Source of the DNA: Candidatus Micrarchaeota archaeon
Lineage (GTDB): Archaea; Micrarchaeota; Micrarchaeia; Anstonellales; Bilamarchaeaceae
Reading direction: 5' to 3'
DNA: 64,000 nucleotides
NCBI GenBank assembly: GCA_041694885.1
Contig: JBGFRX010000005.1
Location: 5,291 to 69,290 of the forward strand
Positions 18,470 through 27,306 of this stretch are shown here, in pieces (the first letter of the stretch is position 1; the number at the start of each line of letters is the position of its first letter). Position numbers and translations under genes: made by a program. The notes under the pieces are model-generated. The model saw only the letters and a list, made by a program, of their open reading frames with translations, had not been told where the DNA came from and did not search any database.

Positions 18470-18925
18470 CTATAATAATTTTATCTGCCTGTCTGCAAGA
18501 AGATGAGAGATATATCCAATAGCACCAGCAAGCGCGAATTTGAATCCGAGCACGAAATAAACGAACAGAGAGAAAAACGCAGCCAGAGTAAAGGTGTGCG
18601 TTATTCCCCTGTGCTTGGGCCTGAAGTAGGCAAAGACAAGAAAATAGGCGCCTGCGAATGCAAAAGCCCTGAGCAGGAAATTTTCCGTGAATATGCACGA
18701 ATAGTCCGGGCAGTGGAAAAAGTAGGTGAAAATCACAGCTATGAATATTATCAATTTGTCCAGGATTTCCCTCACCTTGGAGTTCACGTGGTCCAGGTCA
18801 GGGAGAAGGGAGCTTCCCCCTGAAAAAAGGGAAAAAACGATTATTTCGTACGGATTTGCGCTCAGGAAATAGAATGCAGTTGCACTTAGCGCAAACCCGA
18901 TTGCAAAGTGTTTTGCCCAGTCCAC
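18470..18925 (-). CDS. Membrane-bound metal-dependent hydrolase family (DUF457/YdjM-like)
   Basis: Four TM helices with 'LLPDLDH' and C-terminal 'ISHLLADRQ' histidine motifs. Confidence 0.5.
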   Translation of the reverse strand: MDWAKHFAIGFALSATAFYFLSANPYEIIVFSLFSGGSSLLPDLDHVNSKVREILDKLIIFIAVIFTYFFHCPDYSCIFTENFLLRAFAFAGAYFLVFAYFRPKHRGITHTFTLAAFFSLFVYFVLGFKFALAGAIGYISHLLADRQIKLL

Positions 18926-18929
18926 ACTA

Positions 18930-19670
18930 TCACTTCAGCGTAAAATAAATCCTCCTGTTCGCAGCACCCTTGTTCTCCAGTTTCAGAATTTCTATTTTTC
19001 CTATCTCCGAGGTGTTCTTAACGTGCGTCCCTCCATCCGCCTGTATGTCCGCTCCGGGAATCTCAACTATCCGCAGAACGCTTATGTCAGGCGGAAGCGC
19101 ATTTACCAGTTTCACTATTCCAGGGATTTTCATTGCATCTTCCCTTGGAAGGGAATAAACTTTCAATTCAATATTTTTTGCGATAAATGCATTTGCTCTC
19201 TGCACCAATTCTTCGAATTTCGTGCGATCGAAGTTTTCTAAAGAGAAATCGAACCTGCTCTTGTCCATTTCGAGCTGATTTCCGGTAATAAGCGCACCTG
19301 TTTCCGAAGCGAACATTCCTGCAAGAATGTGCGCTGCACTATGCATCCTCATCAATGCATGTCGTCTTTTCCAGTCTAATTTGCAAATCACCCTGTTGCC
19401 AGCATCCAGTCCTTCGCGGTCTGATTCGTGTACGATTTTCCCATCCCGTTTCTCCACGCTCAGAACGCGAAACTCCAAACCGTTCGAAACCAGCTTACCG
19501 GTGTCGCCTGGCTGCCCGCCCCCTCTCGGATAGAAAATGTTTTTGTCCAAAATTATTTTTTTCGGCCCGGGCATTTCCAGGATGTTTGCTTCGCATTCCT
19601 GCATATAGGAATTTTGCAGATAAAGCGGCTGATCCATAATGGAAAATGGAAGTAGGGCTTTAAAAAACAA
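18930..19670 (-). CDS. alaX: AlaX-type Ala-tRNA(Pro/Ser/Thr) editing protein (alanyl-tRNA synthetase editing-domain homologue). The start is probably the internal Met at about 19637.
   Basis: 'MHSAAHILAGMF' (HxxxH) and 'GGTHVKNTSEIGKIEILKLENKG' (zinc-site CxxxH equivalent) motifs of the AlaRS editing domain; about 235 aa. Confidence 0.75.
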   Translation of the reverse strand: MFFKALLPFSIMDQPLYLQNSYMQECEANILEMPGPKKIILDKNIFYPRGGGQPGDTGKLVSNGLEFRVLSVEKRDGKIVHESDREGLDAGNRVICKLDWKRRHALMRMHSAAHILAGMFASETGALITGNQLEMDKSRFDFSLENFDRTKFEELVQRANAFIAKNIELKVYSLPREDAMKIPGIVKLVNALPPDISVLRIVEIPGADIQADGGTHVKNTSEIGKIEILKLENKGAANRRIYFTLK

Positions 19671-19750
19671 CTCGAAGAATAACTCTTACGAAGAATAAAG
19701 TAATACTAATCTGGTATCGGAACCCGAAACGCAAAACCGGAAACTCTTCT

Positions 19751-19825
19751 AGCGGGATAGGGTAGCTTGGAGTACCCGCCGGGCTCATAACCCGGAGACC
19801 GTTGGTTCAAATCCACCTCCCGCTA
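19751..19825 (+). tRNA. tRNA-Met(CAU), initiator type
   Basis: A1:U72 acceptor pair (AGCGGGA/TCCCGCT + A73). D stem GGGT/ACCC. Anticodon stem CCGGG/CCCGG with three consecutive G-C pairs and loop CTCATAA. T loop GGTTCAAATCC. There is one U-C mismatch in the T stem. Confidence 0.8.
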
Positions 19826-19967
19826 TTTTTCTTCGCTATTTCTGTTTTTGTTTGGTTAATTTATAAAATACTTTCCCATTCTCAAAAAGGCATTTCACTG
19901 CGATTAGAAATACATCTCATAACACTTTATATAAATGTTTCCTTACATAGAAATATATGTGGGAACA

Positions 19968-21482
19968 ATGGCAATTGCGAAACTTGGCGCATATCCTGAC
20001 TTGAGGCAGCTCAAGACAAAGGCAGTGCAACGGATTGAAACCAACATGAATAGATATTTGGGAAAACCATTCTTCAAATTCTTCGAGAATTTGCCGAAGC
20101 GGCGGCAGAGCGGCAAGAAGAAAAACGGGAAACTGACAGCAGACACGTTCCTGCTCAAAGTCGATGCGAAGCTGGGCGAGGGCGCCATGGACGCAGCAAA
20201 TGCGGCAAGGGGCGTGATAGGAAACCACCTCAAATTATGCCGGCTCGGGAACAAGGAAACGAATAAAATAGATTCCGACCTGGAAAAAATAATCGGCGTA
20301 ATGACAGACGTGCTGACAGCGCGCGAGCTCGGCCTGCTGCAGGTCGTAGGGAACAAGCTGAACCTCAAAGTGATGGACAAGGGCCCTGGCGTCCGCCAGC
20401 TCATCTATTCCGCAGAGCGCGAGGAGGAGGTGCGCGACCTCATTTCAAAATACCGCGTCCCGACTTTTTGGGAGATGGCAAGAGCTGCGCTCAGGCGTAT
20501 ATTGCAAAGTAAAAAAGGACGCGAGGCAACACGGTCAGCAATGGATGGTGCGGTGGGTCCCGAAGCTGCAGAGTCATTGCCCAAAGGAGCAGAAGAAACG
20601 ACAAGCATAATTCCAGGACGCTTCGCCCGGGCAGCGAAAAGAGCAGCTGTTTTTGCAGTTGCAAGTGCCGCTTTTGTAGTGCTTTCTGGGATCATTGCTT
20701 ATATTACATCCCGTTCGTTGGAAGATTATATGCACGAACCAAAGGTAGCTCAGGAGAGCAATGAAGGCGGCAGGCAGCCCTTGCACAAGGAAGAACAGAT
20801 AACTCCAGCAACTCAGCAGGGGAATGCTGGCATAGAAGAAGCCGCGAAGGTGGAAGAGCCCTCGCTGCCGCAGCCAGCCACGCAACCCGCCTCTAAAAGT
20901 CAATTACATCCCAAGGTTTCAGAAGAGCCGGCCAAGGCGAAGATCGAAAAGATGGAAAAGAGCGTTGCGCTCCAAGAGGCGCAAACAAAAAGGCTGGATG
21001 GAGGAAACGAAGTAAAAAAAGCAGTCGCAGATGAAACGCGAAATGCCATGCCTTCGCAGCCGGAGAAAGGAGCGCCTCCTGTGGAAGAATCCAAAGCAAA
21101 AGACGCGGTCAAACCGGAAACGCAAAAAACCGTCCGGACCGAAGAGCGGAAAAAAGCACCGCAGGAAATTCGCGACGAGGAGCGTGAGAAGGCGGAAATT
21201 TACGCGGCGGTGAAGAGTGGGAAGGACTTTATGCACGACCTCAATGAAATGGCGAAGGAGGACGAGGGGCTGCGCACTTTGTACAATTACATAAGGGCTT
21301 ATTTCACAGCGGAGAGTGAAAGCGAAACCGGATTCGTGGCTTCAGCGCACCAGCAGCACCTGGCCGGCTTCATAATCAAAGGAAAAGAGAACGGCGATGG
21401 CATCCAGTTCATGTTGAGGCGGCTCGAACTCACGTACAAAGGAGCTCCGGAAAAATACAAAAAACAACTAAAAAACGACTGA
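19968..21482 (+). CDS. Hypothetical membrane-anchored protein of about 504 aa with a long Lys/Glu/Ala/Pro-rich low-complexity region. The start is moved from 19935 to 19968 because of promoter position.
   Basis: The TATA-like 'ctttatataaa' at 19925-19935 overlaps the first ATG of the tracked ORF, so the Met at 19968 (MAIAKLGAYPDL) fits a leaderless transcript. One TM helix, 'AVFAVASAAFVVLSGIIAYI'. Charged low-complexity stretch at residues 260-430. Confidence 0.45.
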   Translation: MAIAKLGAYPDLRQLKTKAVQRIETNMNRYLGKPFFKFFENLPKRRQSGKKKNGKLTADTFLLKVDAKLGEGAMDAANAARGVIGNHLKLCRLGNKETNKIDSDLEKIIGVMTDVLTARELGLLQVVGNKLNLKVMDKGPGVRQLIYSAEREEEVRDLISKYRVPTFWEMARAALRRILQSKKGREATRSAMDGAVGPEAAESLPKGAEETTSIIPGRFARAAKRAAVFAVASAAFVVLSGIIAYITSRSLEDYMHEPKVAQESNEGGRQPLHKEEQITPATQQGNAGIEEAAKVEEPSLPQPATQPASKSQLHPKVSEEPAKAKIEKMEKSVALQEAQTKRLDGGNEVKKAVADETRNAMPSQPEKGAPPVEESKAKDAVKPETQKTVRTEERKKAPQEIRDEEREKAEIYAAVKSGKDFMHDLNEMAKEDEGLRTLYNYIRAYFTAESESETGFVASAHQQHLAGFIIKGKENGDGIQFMLRRLELTYKGAPEKYKKQLKND

Positions 21483-24400
21483 TATCAGAGCCTCGATTTC
21501 CGAAACTATCTCCTTTTCCTCATCGCTGAGCGCATCGCTCTTCTTCTTCCATTTCTCCAGTTCCGCTTTTGTGATGTAAACGAGGAGCGCATCGCCTTCC
21601 CTCACATCGCTGCCAAGAATTATCTCATCAACTGAAATGGCGACCTGCGTGCCCTTCTTTGCCTCCGCAAGCGATTCTTTCTCCTTCTGTATCGTTTTAA
21701 CTTCGCCCAAGACCCTTCCATCCAGGTTCATGAGGCGCACATGTGGCCTTAATTTTCCGGCAAGAACTTCCACCCCGAAAATAGCCGGCTTACTCACGCG
21801 GAAGAAACAATTGGGTAGCGCCCTTATGCGGCAGGGCCAGGACATCTTCTCAAACACCTGCTTTTTTTCCCTTTCCCTTTCCTCCGCCTTCCATTCCTCG
21901 TACCTGTCCAGAAGCTGATAGACAATATTGCTGTAGATTATCTGCGCTCCTCCTTCGTCCCCTGCTGTCTTTGCATCAGGAAGCACCTGCACATTGAACG
22001 CGAGCACAGCGCCTAAATATTTGTCCTGCGCAGCAACCGTCGCAGCGAGCAGCGCGTCTCCTTTGGTTACATTGCCAACATTCGCCGCCTTCACCGGTAC
22101 GTTCGCATCCCTGAGGAGCTTGACTATCGCCTCCACGCTGCCCAAGCTATCCGCCTTCACCACCACTCCCAAACCGGCGCTCTCGAAAATTATCCCTTTC
22201 ATGTGCGCCTCTATCTCCTTCCTGTCTTTTTCATAGTTCTTTGCGACAATGAGAGGGGAGCCGCTCACCGCATCCTCGAGTCCGGGAGCTGCGATTTTTA
22301 CTCCTGCAGCAGCCACGAGCCGCTCCGCCTTCCTGAACTTCTCCTTTGCGCCTCTTATGTTCGGCTCGAGCAGCGCGCGTATTTTGGTTTTCTTCACTCC
22401 TGCTCTGGAGAGGAACACAATTTCGTCGCCCTCCACGAGTACCCCGTCGTAAATTATGACGTCCACAGTTGGCCCGAGCCCTTTCTCCTCTTTGACCTCC
22501 ATCACGCTGCCTTTTGCAGGGCTTTCGGGATCAACGTGCAGCTCCTTTTCCAGAAATTTCTGGCTGAGCCCTGCTATAAGAAGAAGAAGCTCTGCAAGCC
22601 CCTCGCCCGTCTTCGCGCTCACAGGCACTATCCCGACTTGCTTCGTGAAATTCTTTACCCTGTCAAAACGTTCGGAATCGAAGCCGTATTCGGAAAGTTT
22701 CCCCATCAACCCGTATATCCTTTCATCAACATTGTTTTGCGTACTCTCTGACTGCTTTGCGAGCGATTCGAGGAACGACTCCGTTGCCTGCGATTTCCAT
22801 CTGTCAACCAGATCGACCTTGTTCGCGGCGATGATGAAGGGCGTTTTCGCGTTTTTCAGTATCCTTATGCTCTCTATGGTTTGGGGCTGGAATCCCTGTG
22901 CAATATCCACTACGACTATCGCCATGTCTGCTATGCTTCCCCCCCTCTCACGCAGATTCGTGAACGCCTCGTGGCCCGGCGTGTCTATGAAAAGTATGCC
23001 CGGAACCATGAGCTTTATTTTCATCCTTTCCGCTACTGGTTTGGAAACCGCCTCTATATTCTCGCGCGCCACATAGCTCGCGCCTATCATCTGGGTTATC
23101 CCACCTGCCTCCTTCCCCGCCACACCGGTGCCCCGAACTGCATCGAGAAGGCTGGTGTTGTGCGCGAAAATCCGGTCTGCTACGAAATTGTGGTGCTCCG
23201 GAACCGTGAAATCGTAGACGTAGTCTTTGGATTCGGCATGAACAATTTCCGAAATGCGCACTGCCTGCACGTCCGAGCCGGAGCAGAAACGCGAAATGTT
23301 TTGGAGGCGCGCACGAACGAGTGCCCGGCACTTTCCGGAGTTCGCGCAAAAGTCCGCACCCGTAGCCGTTAGCGAGAATTGCCCATTTTTCATTTTCACG
23401 AGCCCATCCGAATAGAACGACCGGAGTTGATTCACCGTCCAGACCCAGGGAAGCCCGCTCTCTGCCGCAGCTTCTTTTGAGGATAGCGGCCGGCATTTTA
23501 GGGATTTGAGCAGCCGGATTTTCTTTTTCAGAGCGTTGCGGTATTCGGCCGAGGACAAAAGGCGCGTGAGATTTTCCTTAAATGAAGACAGGTATGCCCT
23601 CGAAACAAACGGATATTCCTCGTACTTGCCCTGATAAGGTATTCCGACCTCCATTTTCGCAAGACCAGGCAGATTTCGGATTTCTCTGATGCTGGCGCCG
23701 CTTATGGGGCTAATGTCGCTGTTCCTGTTCGTGCGGGCCTTTTTTAGGAAACGCTCCAGTCTCGCCCCTTTCTTCAGGGACCTTATGGGAATCGCCCTGC
23801 GGAATTTTTCAATGTCCTCGATTCCGCTTATTCTTAGGCTGTAATATCCATTCTTGGAGTAATAAGCAGCCCTTATGCCGAACCTCAGGAGCGCCAGGGA
23901 AAGGTCCTCAACAAACAGTCTGCTCGCGCTCGTAATCTCGAGCGCGCCCTGGTTGCTCGCATAGCCGTCGGTGTCGAATACGCCGGCTATGAAATTCGCG
24001 AGCAGGGAGTCGTCACCTGTCTTCACAAGGTCCGGAATTCGGATGGTCCGGCTTTTTTGCCTTGCGGGAAAATCGAAAATCTCGTTGAGCATGCGGTTGA
24101 GCGTCCTGCCTCCCCTGTGGATGGCCGCTGTGACTGTCCGCTCGCGCCTGACCACGACCTGTACTCCGAACGCTTTCTTCATCGCGTCCGCATACGCAGA
24201 CAGTATCTCCGGGTCGTTCTTGCACAGCTTCGCGACGCCGCCCACGCCGTCGCCGAAAAGCAGCCCGAGCGCATACCCAAGTTCATCCCGCAATTGCGGC
24301 ACAGGGAGCCAGGGGCCCGTGTGCCCTGCCCTCCACTTGTGGGTGGAATTCTTCAATTCGGTCATTTTCCTCACTGAAGCACCACGGGTGCGCGGAAGCC

Positions 24401-25271
24401 AGTGTTGTTCACCAATAGGCATGGCTTCAGTTGTCCATGAGAACGGCGCTCCGTTCTGGGGGTACAAAGAACGATGCGTCGTTCTTTGGCATGGGGGAGC
24501 GCACCCTACGCTATCGGGATGTGGCTTCCGCCTAAAGCCATCAATATCGGAAGCCACGGGCTCCTTCAGCTTTGCTGAAGGGATTGCGGACGAAGTCCGC
24601 AGGATTAGCCCGTGGTGCTTCACAAACCCGCACCCGAGGACGCCTCCGGCTGTCCTTAGCTCGGCCATCTGGAATCTTCCGTTGCTCAAGCAGTCCCGGA
24701 ATCCTGCTGGAAAATCCGCTGGATTGGACAGATAGAGGCCGTGCATTCCGGAAGTGAAATCCTCATCATCAATCCTCGCGACGAACCCTTCCATCGCGGA
24801 CAGCCTTTCAAAGAACCGCTTTTCTGCACGGGCTCTCTGAGTTCGGTTTTTTGTGTACCTCGGAGTGAGCACGAACTCTCCTTCCTTCAGAAAACGGCCT
24901 TCCTTCTCGCTGATTCCGCCTGCTTCATTCACTACGAAGAATTTGTGCTCCGGGGTCGCCTTTATCGCGCTGCCGTCGGAGAGCATTACTGACAGGAGGC
25001 TCTGTGTCTGCCTTTTCCAGACGTGGGAAACTCCTGCCTCGACAATCTCGCATTCCTTTGAGAAAGAGTAGAGTTTTGCATTTTCATTTGAGATGTCTGT
25101 AACCCAGCCGTCACCGCACCACTCGCCTTTTTTGTCTGAAGTCAGCATCTCGTAGAGCTCGTCGGCCCTCATAATCCGGCCATCCGGCAACGGTATGAGA
25201 GTGTCTCCGCTGATGCACTTGCCGTGATCGACGTGCCCAAGCACTGCTATTATTGGAGATCTGATAAGCAT
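21468..25271 (-). CDS. infB: Translation initiation factor aIF5B (IF2 homologue), interrupted by a large intein at the P-loop
   Basis: Exteins read 'AVLGHVDHGK|...|TSLLDAVRGT' then G-domain motifs 'DTPGHEAF' and 'NKVD', domain II and the C-terminal domain. Total 1267 aa versus about 590 aa expected. Confidence 0.9.
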   Translation of the reverse strand: MLIRSPIIAVLGHVDHGKCISGDTLIPLPDGRIMRADELYEMLTSDKKGEWCGDGWVTDISNENAKLYSFSKECEIVEAGVSHVWKRQTQSLLSVMLSDGSAIKATPEHKFFVVNEAGGISEKEGRFLKEGEFVLTPRYTKNRTQRARAEKRFFERLSAMEGFVARIDDEDFTSGMHGLYLSNPADFPAGFRDCLSNGRFQMAELRTAGGVLGCGFVKHHGLILRTSSAIPSAKLKEPVASDIDGFRRKPHPDSVGCAPPCQRTTHRSLYPQNGAPFSWTTEAMPIGEQHWLPRTRGASVRKMTELKNSTHKWRAGHTGPWLPVPQLRDELGYALGLLFGDGVGGVAKLCKNDPEILSAYADAMKKAFGVQVVVRRERTVTAAIHRGGRTLNRMLNEIFDFPARQKSRTIRIPDLVKTGDDSLLANFIAGVFDTDGYASNQGALEITSASRLFVEDLSLALLRFGIRAAYYSKNGYYSLRISGIEDIEKFRRAIPIRSLKKGARLERFLKKARTNRNSDISPISGASIREIRNLPGLAKMEVGIPYQGKYEEYPFVSRAYLSSFKENLTRLLSSAEYRNALKKKIRLLKSLKCRPLSSKEAAAESGLPWVWTVNQLRSFYSDGLVKMKNGQFSLTATGADFCANSGKCRALVRARLQNISRFCSGSDVQAVRISEIVHAESKDYVYDFTVPEHHNFVADRIFAHNTSLLDAVRGTGVAGKEAGGITQMIGASYVARENIEAVSKPVAERMKIKLMVPGILFIDTPGHEAFTNLRERGGSIADMAIVVVDIAQGFQPQTIESIRILKNAKTPFIIAANKVDLVDRWKSQATESFLESLAKQSESTQNNVDERIYGLMGKLSEYGFDSERFDRVKNFTKQVGIVPVSAKTGEGLAELLLLIAGLSQKFLEKELHVDPESPAKGSVMEVKEEKGLGPTVDVIIYDGVLVEGDEIVFLSRAGVKKTKIRALLEPNIRGAKEKFRKAERLVAAAGVKIAAPGLEDAVSGSPLIVAKNYEKDRKEIEAHMKGIIFESAGLGVVVKADSLGSVEAIVKLLRDANVPVKAANVGNVTKGDALLAATVAAQDKYLGAVLAFNVQVLPDAKTAGDEGGAQIIYSNIVYQLLDRYEEWKAEEREREKKQVFEKMSWPCRIRALPNCFFRVSKPAIFGVEVLAGKLRPHVRLMNLDGRVLGEVKTIQKEKESLAEAKKGTQVAISVDEIILGSDVREGDALLVYITKAELEKWKKKSDALSDEEKEIVSEIEALISVVF
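23157..25217 (-). mobile_element. 687-aa intein with LAGLIDADG homing-endonuclease domain, inserted after GHVDHGK of aIF5B
   Basis: Starts 'CISGDTLI' and ends 'FAHN' before extein Thr. LAGLIDADG blocks 'LGLLFGDGVGG' and 'FIAGVFDTDGYAS'. Confidence 0.85.
24374..24621. other. Highly structured, compositionally aberrant in-frame insert inside the intein linker, bracketed by a perfect 14-bp long-range inverted repeat
   Basis: 'tgaagcaccacggg' (24374-24387) is the exact reverse complement of 'cccgtggtgcttca' (24608-24621). Internal hairpins: gaagcca...tggcttc, gaacgg-cgct-ccgttc, tggcttccg...cggaagcca, cttcagc-tttg-gctgaag, gcggac-gaa-gtccgc. The encoded peptide segment is P/H/R/W/T-rich low complexity. 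Confidence 0.5.
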
Positions 25272-25350
25272 TTAAGACACCTAATGACATCATGTAAGAT
25301 AGGGATGGATATATTTTAATTGAGTTGCGAGCGGGAAAAGGGATTCAGGC

Positions 25351-26364
25351 ATGGCGAAAGTCATAATTCCGAAAGATGCTCTGCCTCGCTGGGAAGCGGG
25401 CTACGGGATAATCGGAAACCATTCAGGAATACAGATATGCACCTGGACGAAAAAAGCCCTAAGGGGAAAGGGCGTATGCTACAAGCAGAAATTCTACGGC
25501 GTTGACTGCCACAGGTGCGCCCAGATTTCCCCTGCGCTCGCGTGGTGTTCGGAGAATTGCATATTCTGCTGGAGGCCGAACGAATGGATGCAGGAGACGC
25601 GGCTGAAGAATGACGGGGTTGACGAGCCATCGAAAATAATCGCAGGGGTTCTGGAAAAAAGGAAACGACTCATTTCAGGGCTCAAGGGCGCCCACGATGC
25701 GAGGAAGGACTTGTGGAAGGAAAGCTTCGACCTTTTTCCGTCGCACTGGGCAATCTCTCTTTCAGGCGAGCCCACCCTTTACCCAAAACTGCCCTGGATG
25801 ATAAAAGAATTGGGAAAGCACCCTGAAGTGAGGAGCATCTTTTTGGTCTCGAACGGCCAGGAGCCCAGGATGATTCTGAAATTGAAAAAGGAGAAGGCGC
25901 TGCCCACGCAACTCTACATAAGCGTGGATGCGAGCGATGAAAAAATGTTTGCGAAAGTAAACCGGCCGAAATACAAAGACGGGTGGAAGCGGCTTATGAA
26001 AACGCTTTCCCTTCTTCCGAAACTCGATTGCAGAACTGTGCTGCGCTACACGCTCATCAAAGGAGTGAACGATTCCGAAAATGAAATGGAAAAGTTCGCC
26101 AGGATATTTGAAAAGTCAAAGGCTGATTTCATTGAGATAAAGAGCTATATGTTCCTGGGCGACTCGAGGAAGCGGCTCGTTTTTGAAAATATGCCTAAGC
26201 ACCAATACGTGAAGGAATATTCTGAAAAAATAGCAGGATTTTTGCATAATTACAAAATAATGGATGAGGACGAGCTCTCCAGAATAGTGCTGCTGAAGAG
26301 AACCGGTTCGCCTTATGAAAACACGATAAAAAAATCGAAAGCGGAAAAGCGGCTTCAGATATGA
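25351..26364 (+). CDS. taw1: tRNA 4-demethylwyosine synthase (TYW1/Taw1), radical SAM
   Basis: Radical-SAM 'CSENCIFC' plus an additional N-terminal Cys cluster 'CYKQKFYGVDCHRC'; length and C-terminal region typical of archaeal Taw1. Confidence 0.75.
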   Translation: MAKVIIPKDALPRWEAGYGIIGNHSGIQICTWTKKALRGKGVCYKQKFYGVDCHRCAQISPALAWCSENCIFCWRPNEWMQETRLKNDGVDEPSKIIAGVLEKRKRLISGLKGAHDARKDLWKESFDLFPSHWAISLSGEPTLYPKLPWMIKELGKHPEVRSIFLVSNGQEPRMILKLKKEKALPTQLYISVDASDEKMFAKVNRPKYKDGWKRLMKTLSLLPKLDCRTVLRYTLIKGVNDSENEMEKFARIFEKSKADFIEIKSYMFLGDSRKRLVFENMPKHQYVKEYSEKIAGFLHNYKIMDEDELSRIVLLKRTGSPYENTIKKSKAEKRLQI

Positions 26365-26475
26365 ACGCGCGTCTATATCCTCTCTGTGCAGATAGTAGCG
26401 TAATAAAATTTGCTTAAATGCCCATTTCGCGGGCCACGAACAAATATATAAAAATATTTACTGCAAATCAGTTCC

Positions 26476-27306
26476 ATGAATTCTGGAAAATTTATCTTCG
26501 CGATACTATCTTTCATCTTTCTCTCGGCATTTGTATTGGTTGCCGGCTGCGCGCAACAGCAGCCCGCGGGCGCGAACGAAAGCGCGCCCCTCAGGTTCAA
26601 AGACAGCGCGCTCGTGGACTACATACTTATCGTGGAAATACCCGATAGCGCAGCAAACGGAAGCAGGAAAGCGGTATACGATACGTCCATCGGGGCAATT
26701 GCTAGAGAGAACGGCATCTACAATGAAAAAAGGGCATACGGGCCGCTTGCAGTAGAAATGCAGAACGACAACGGCCTTCTTCCAGGATTCACCCGTGCGC
26801 TTGTCGGGATGAAGGAAGGCGAAAACAAGACGTTCACACTGAACCCGGAAGAGGGCTATGGCATTTACGATTCCAGCAAAGTATTCTCAATAAGCCGGTT
26901 CTATAACATGAGCAGGTACGAGGACATTCCGCTCGCGTATTTCGAGATGAGAAACCTTTCCAGTGCGATCGGCACAAACCTTTCGGGCAAGTTGGGCGTT
27001 GCGCAGGTCGTAAACTCCACGAACGAAACAGTTACGCTGAAATATTTCCCTGCAGAGAACACCACGTTCGTGTTCAACGGGCTTCCACAAAGAGTCGTTT
27101 TCTTTGACAACGACAGCATACTGATCGAGATAACCGTGCAGCAGGGAACGAAATACATAACTGAATCACCTTCAGGGGATAAGTTCAGCGTTATTGCAAC
27201 AGCGATGAACGAAACCGGCATAATGTTCGACGCGAACAACCCCCTCGCAGGCAAGGAGCTCACATTCACGGTGTTCGTGAGGAAAATAGGGAAAGCGCAG
27301 GAGTGA
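26476..27306 (+). CDS. Secreted or lipid-anchored FKBP-type peptidyl-prolyl cis-trans isomerase with C-terminal extension
   Basis: Signal/lipobox 'LVAGCAQQ'; FKBP core 'GLLPGFTRALVGMKEGENKTFTLNPEEGYG'. Confidence 0.55.
   Translation: MNSGKFIFAILSFIFLSAFVLVAGCAQQQPAGANESAPLRFKDSALVDYILIVEIPDSAANGSRKAVYDTSIGAIARENGIYNEKRAYGPLAVEMQNDNGLLPGFTRALVGMKEGENKTFTLNPEEGYGIYDSSKVFSISRFYNMSRYEDIPLAYFEMRNLSSAIGTNLSGKLGVAQVVNSTNETVTLKYFPAENTTFVFNGLPQRVVFFDNDSILIEITVQQGTKYITESPSGDKFSVIATAMNETGIMFDANNPLAGKELTFTVFVRKIGKAQE

Noticed and set aside
17991-18698. 235-aa version of the hypothetical ORF
   Set aside because: Its first 78 codons overlap the DUF457 gene in another frame and are Cys/Arg/Leu-rich junk. 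I shortened it to the Met at 18464.
19935-19967. ATG at 19935 as the start of the K/E-rich protein
   Set aside because: The only TATA-like element ('ctttatataaa') overlaps this ATG. The next in-frame Met at 19968 has correct promoter spacing.
24374-24621. RNase P RNA nested in the intein: P4-like 'GGAAGCCACGGGCUCC', 'GAGCGCACC' and 'CCGGCU' fragments
   Set aside because: The motifs occur in the wrong order relative to the terminal helix on either strand, and the J18/2 ACAGAA plus CCGGCUUA pairing partner is missing. I kept it as an unclassified structured insert.
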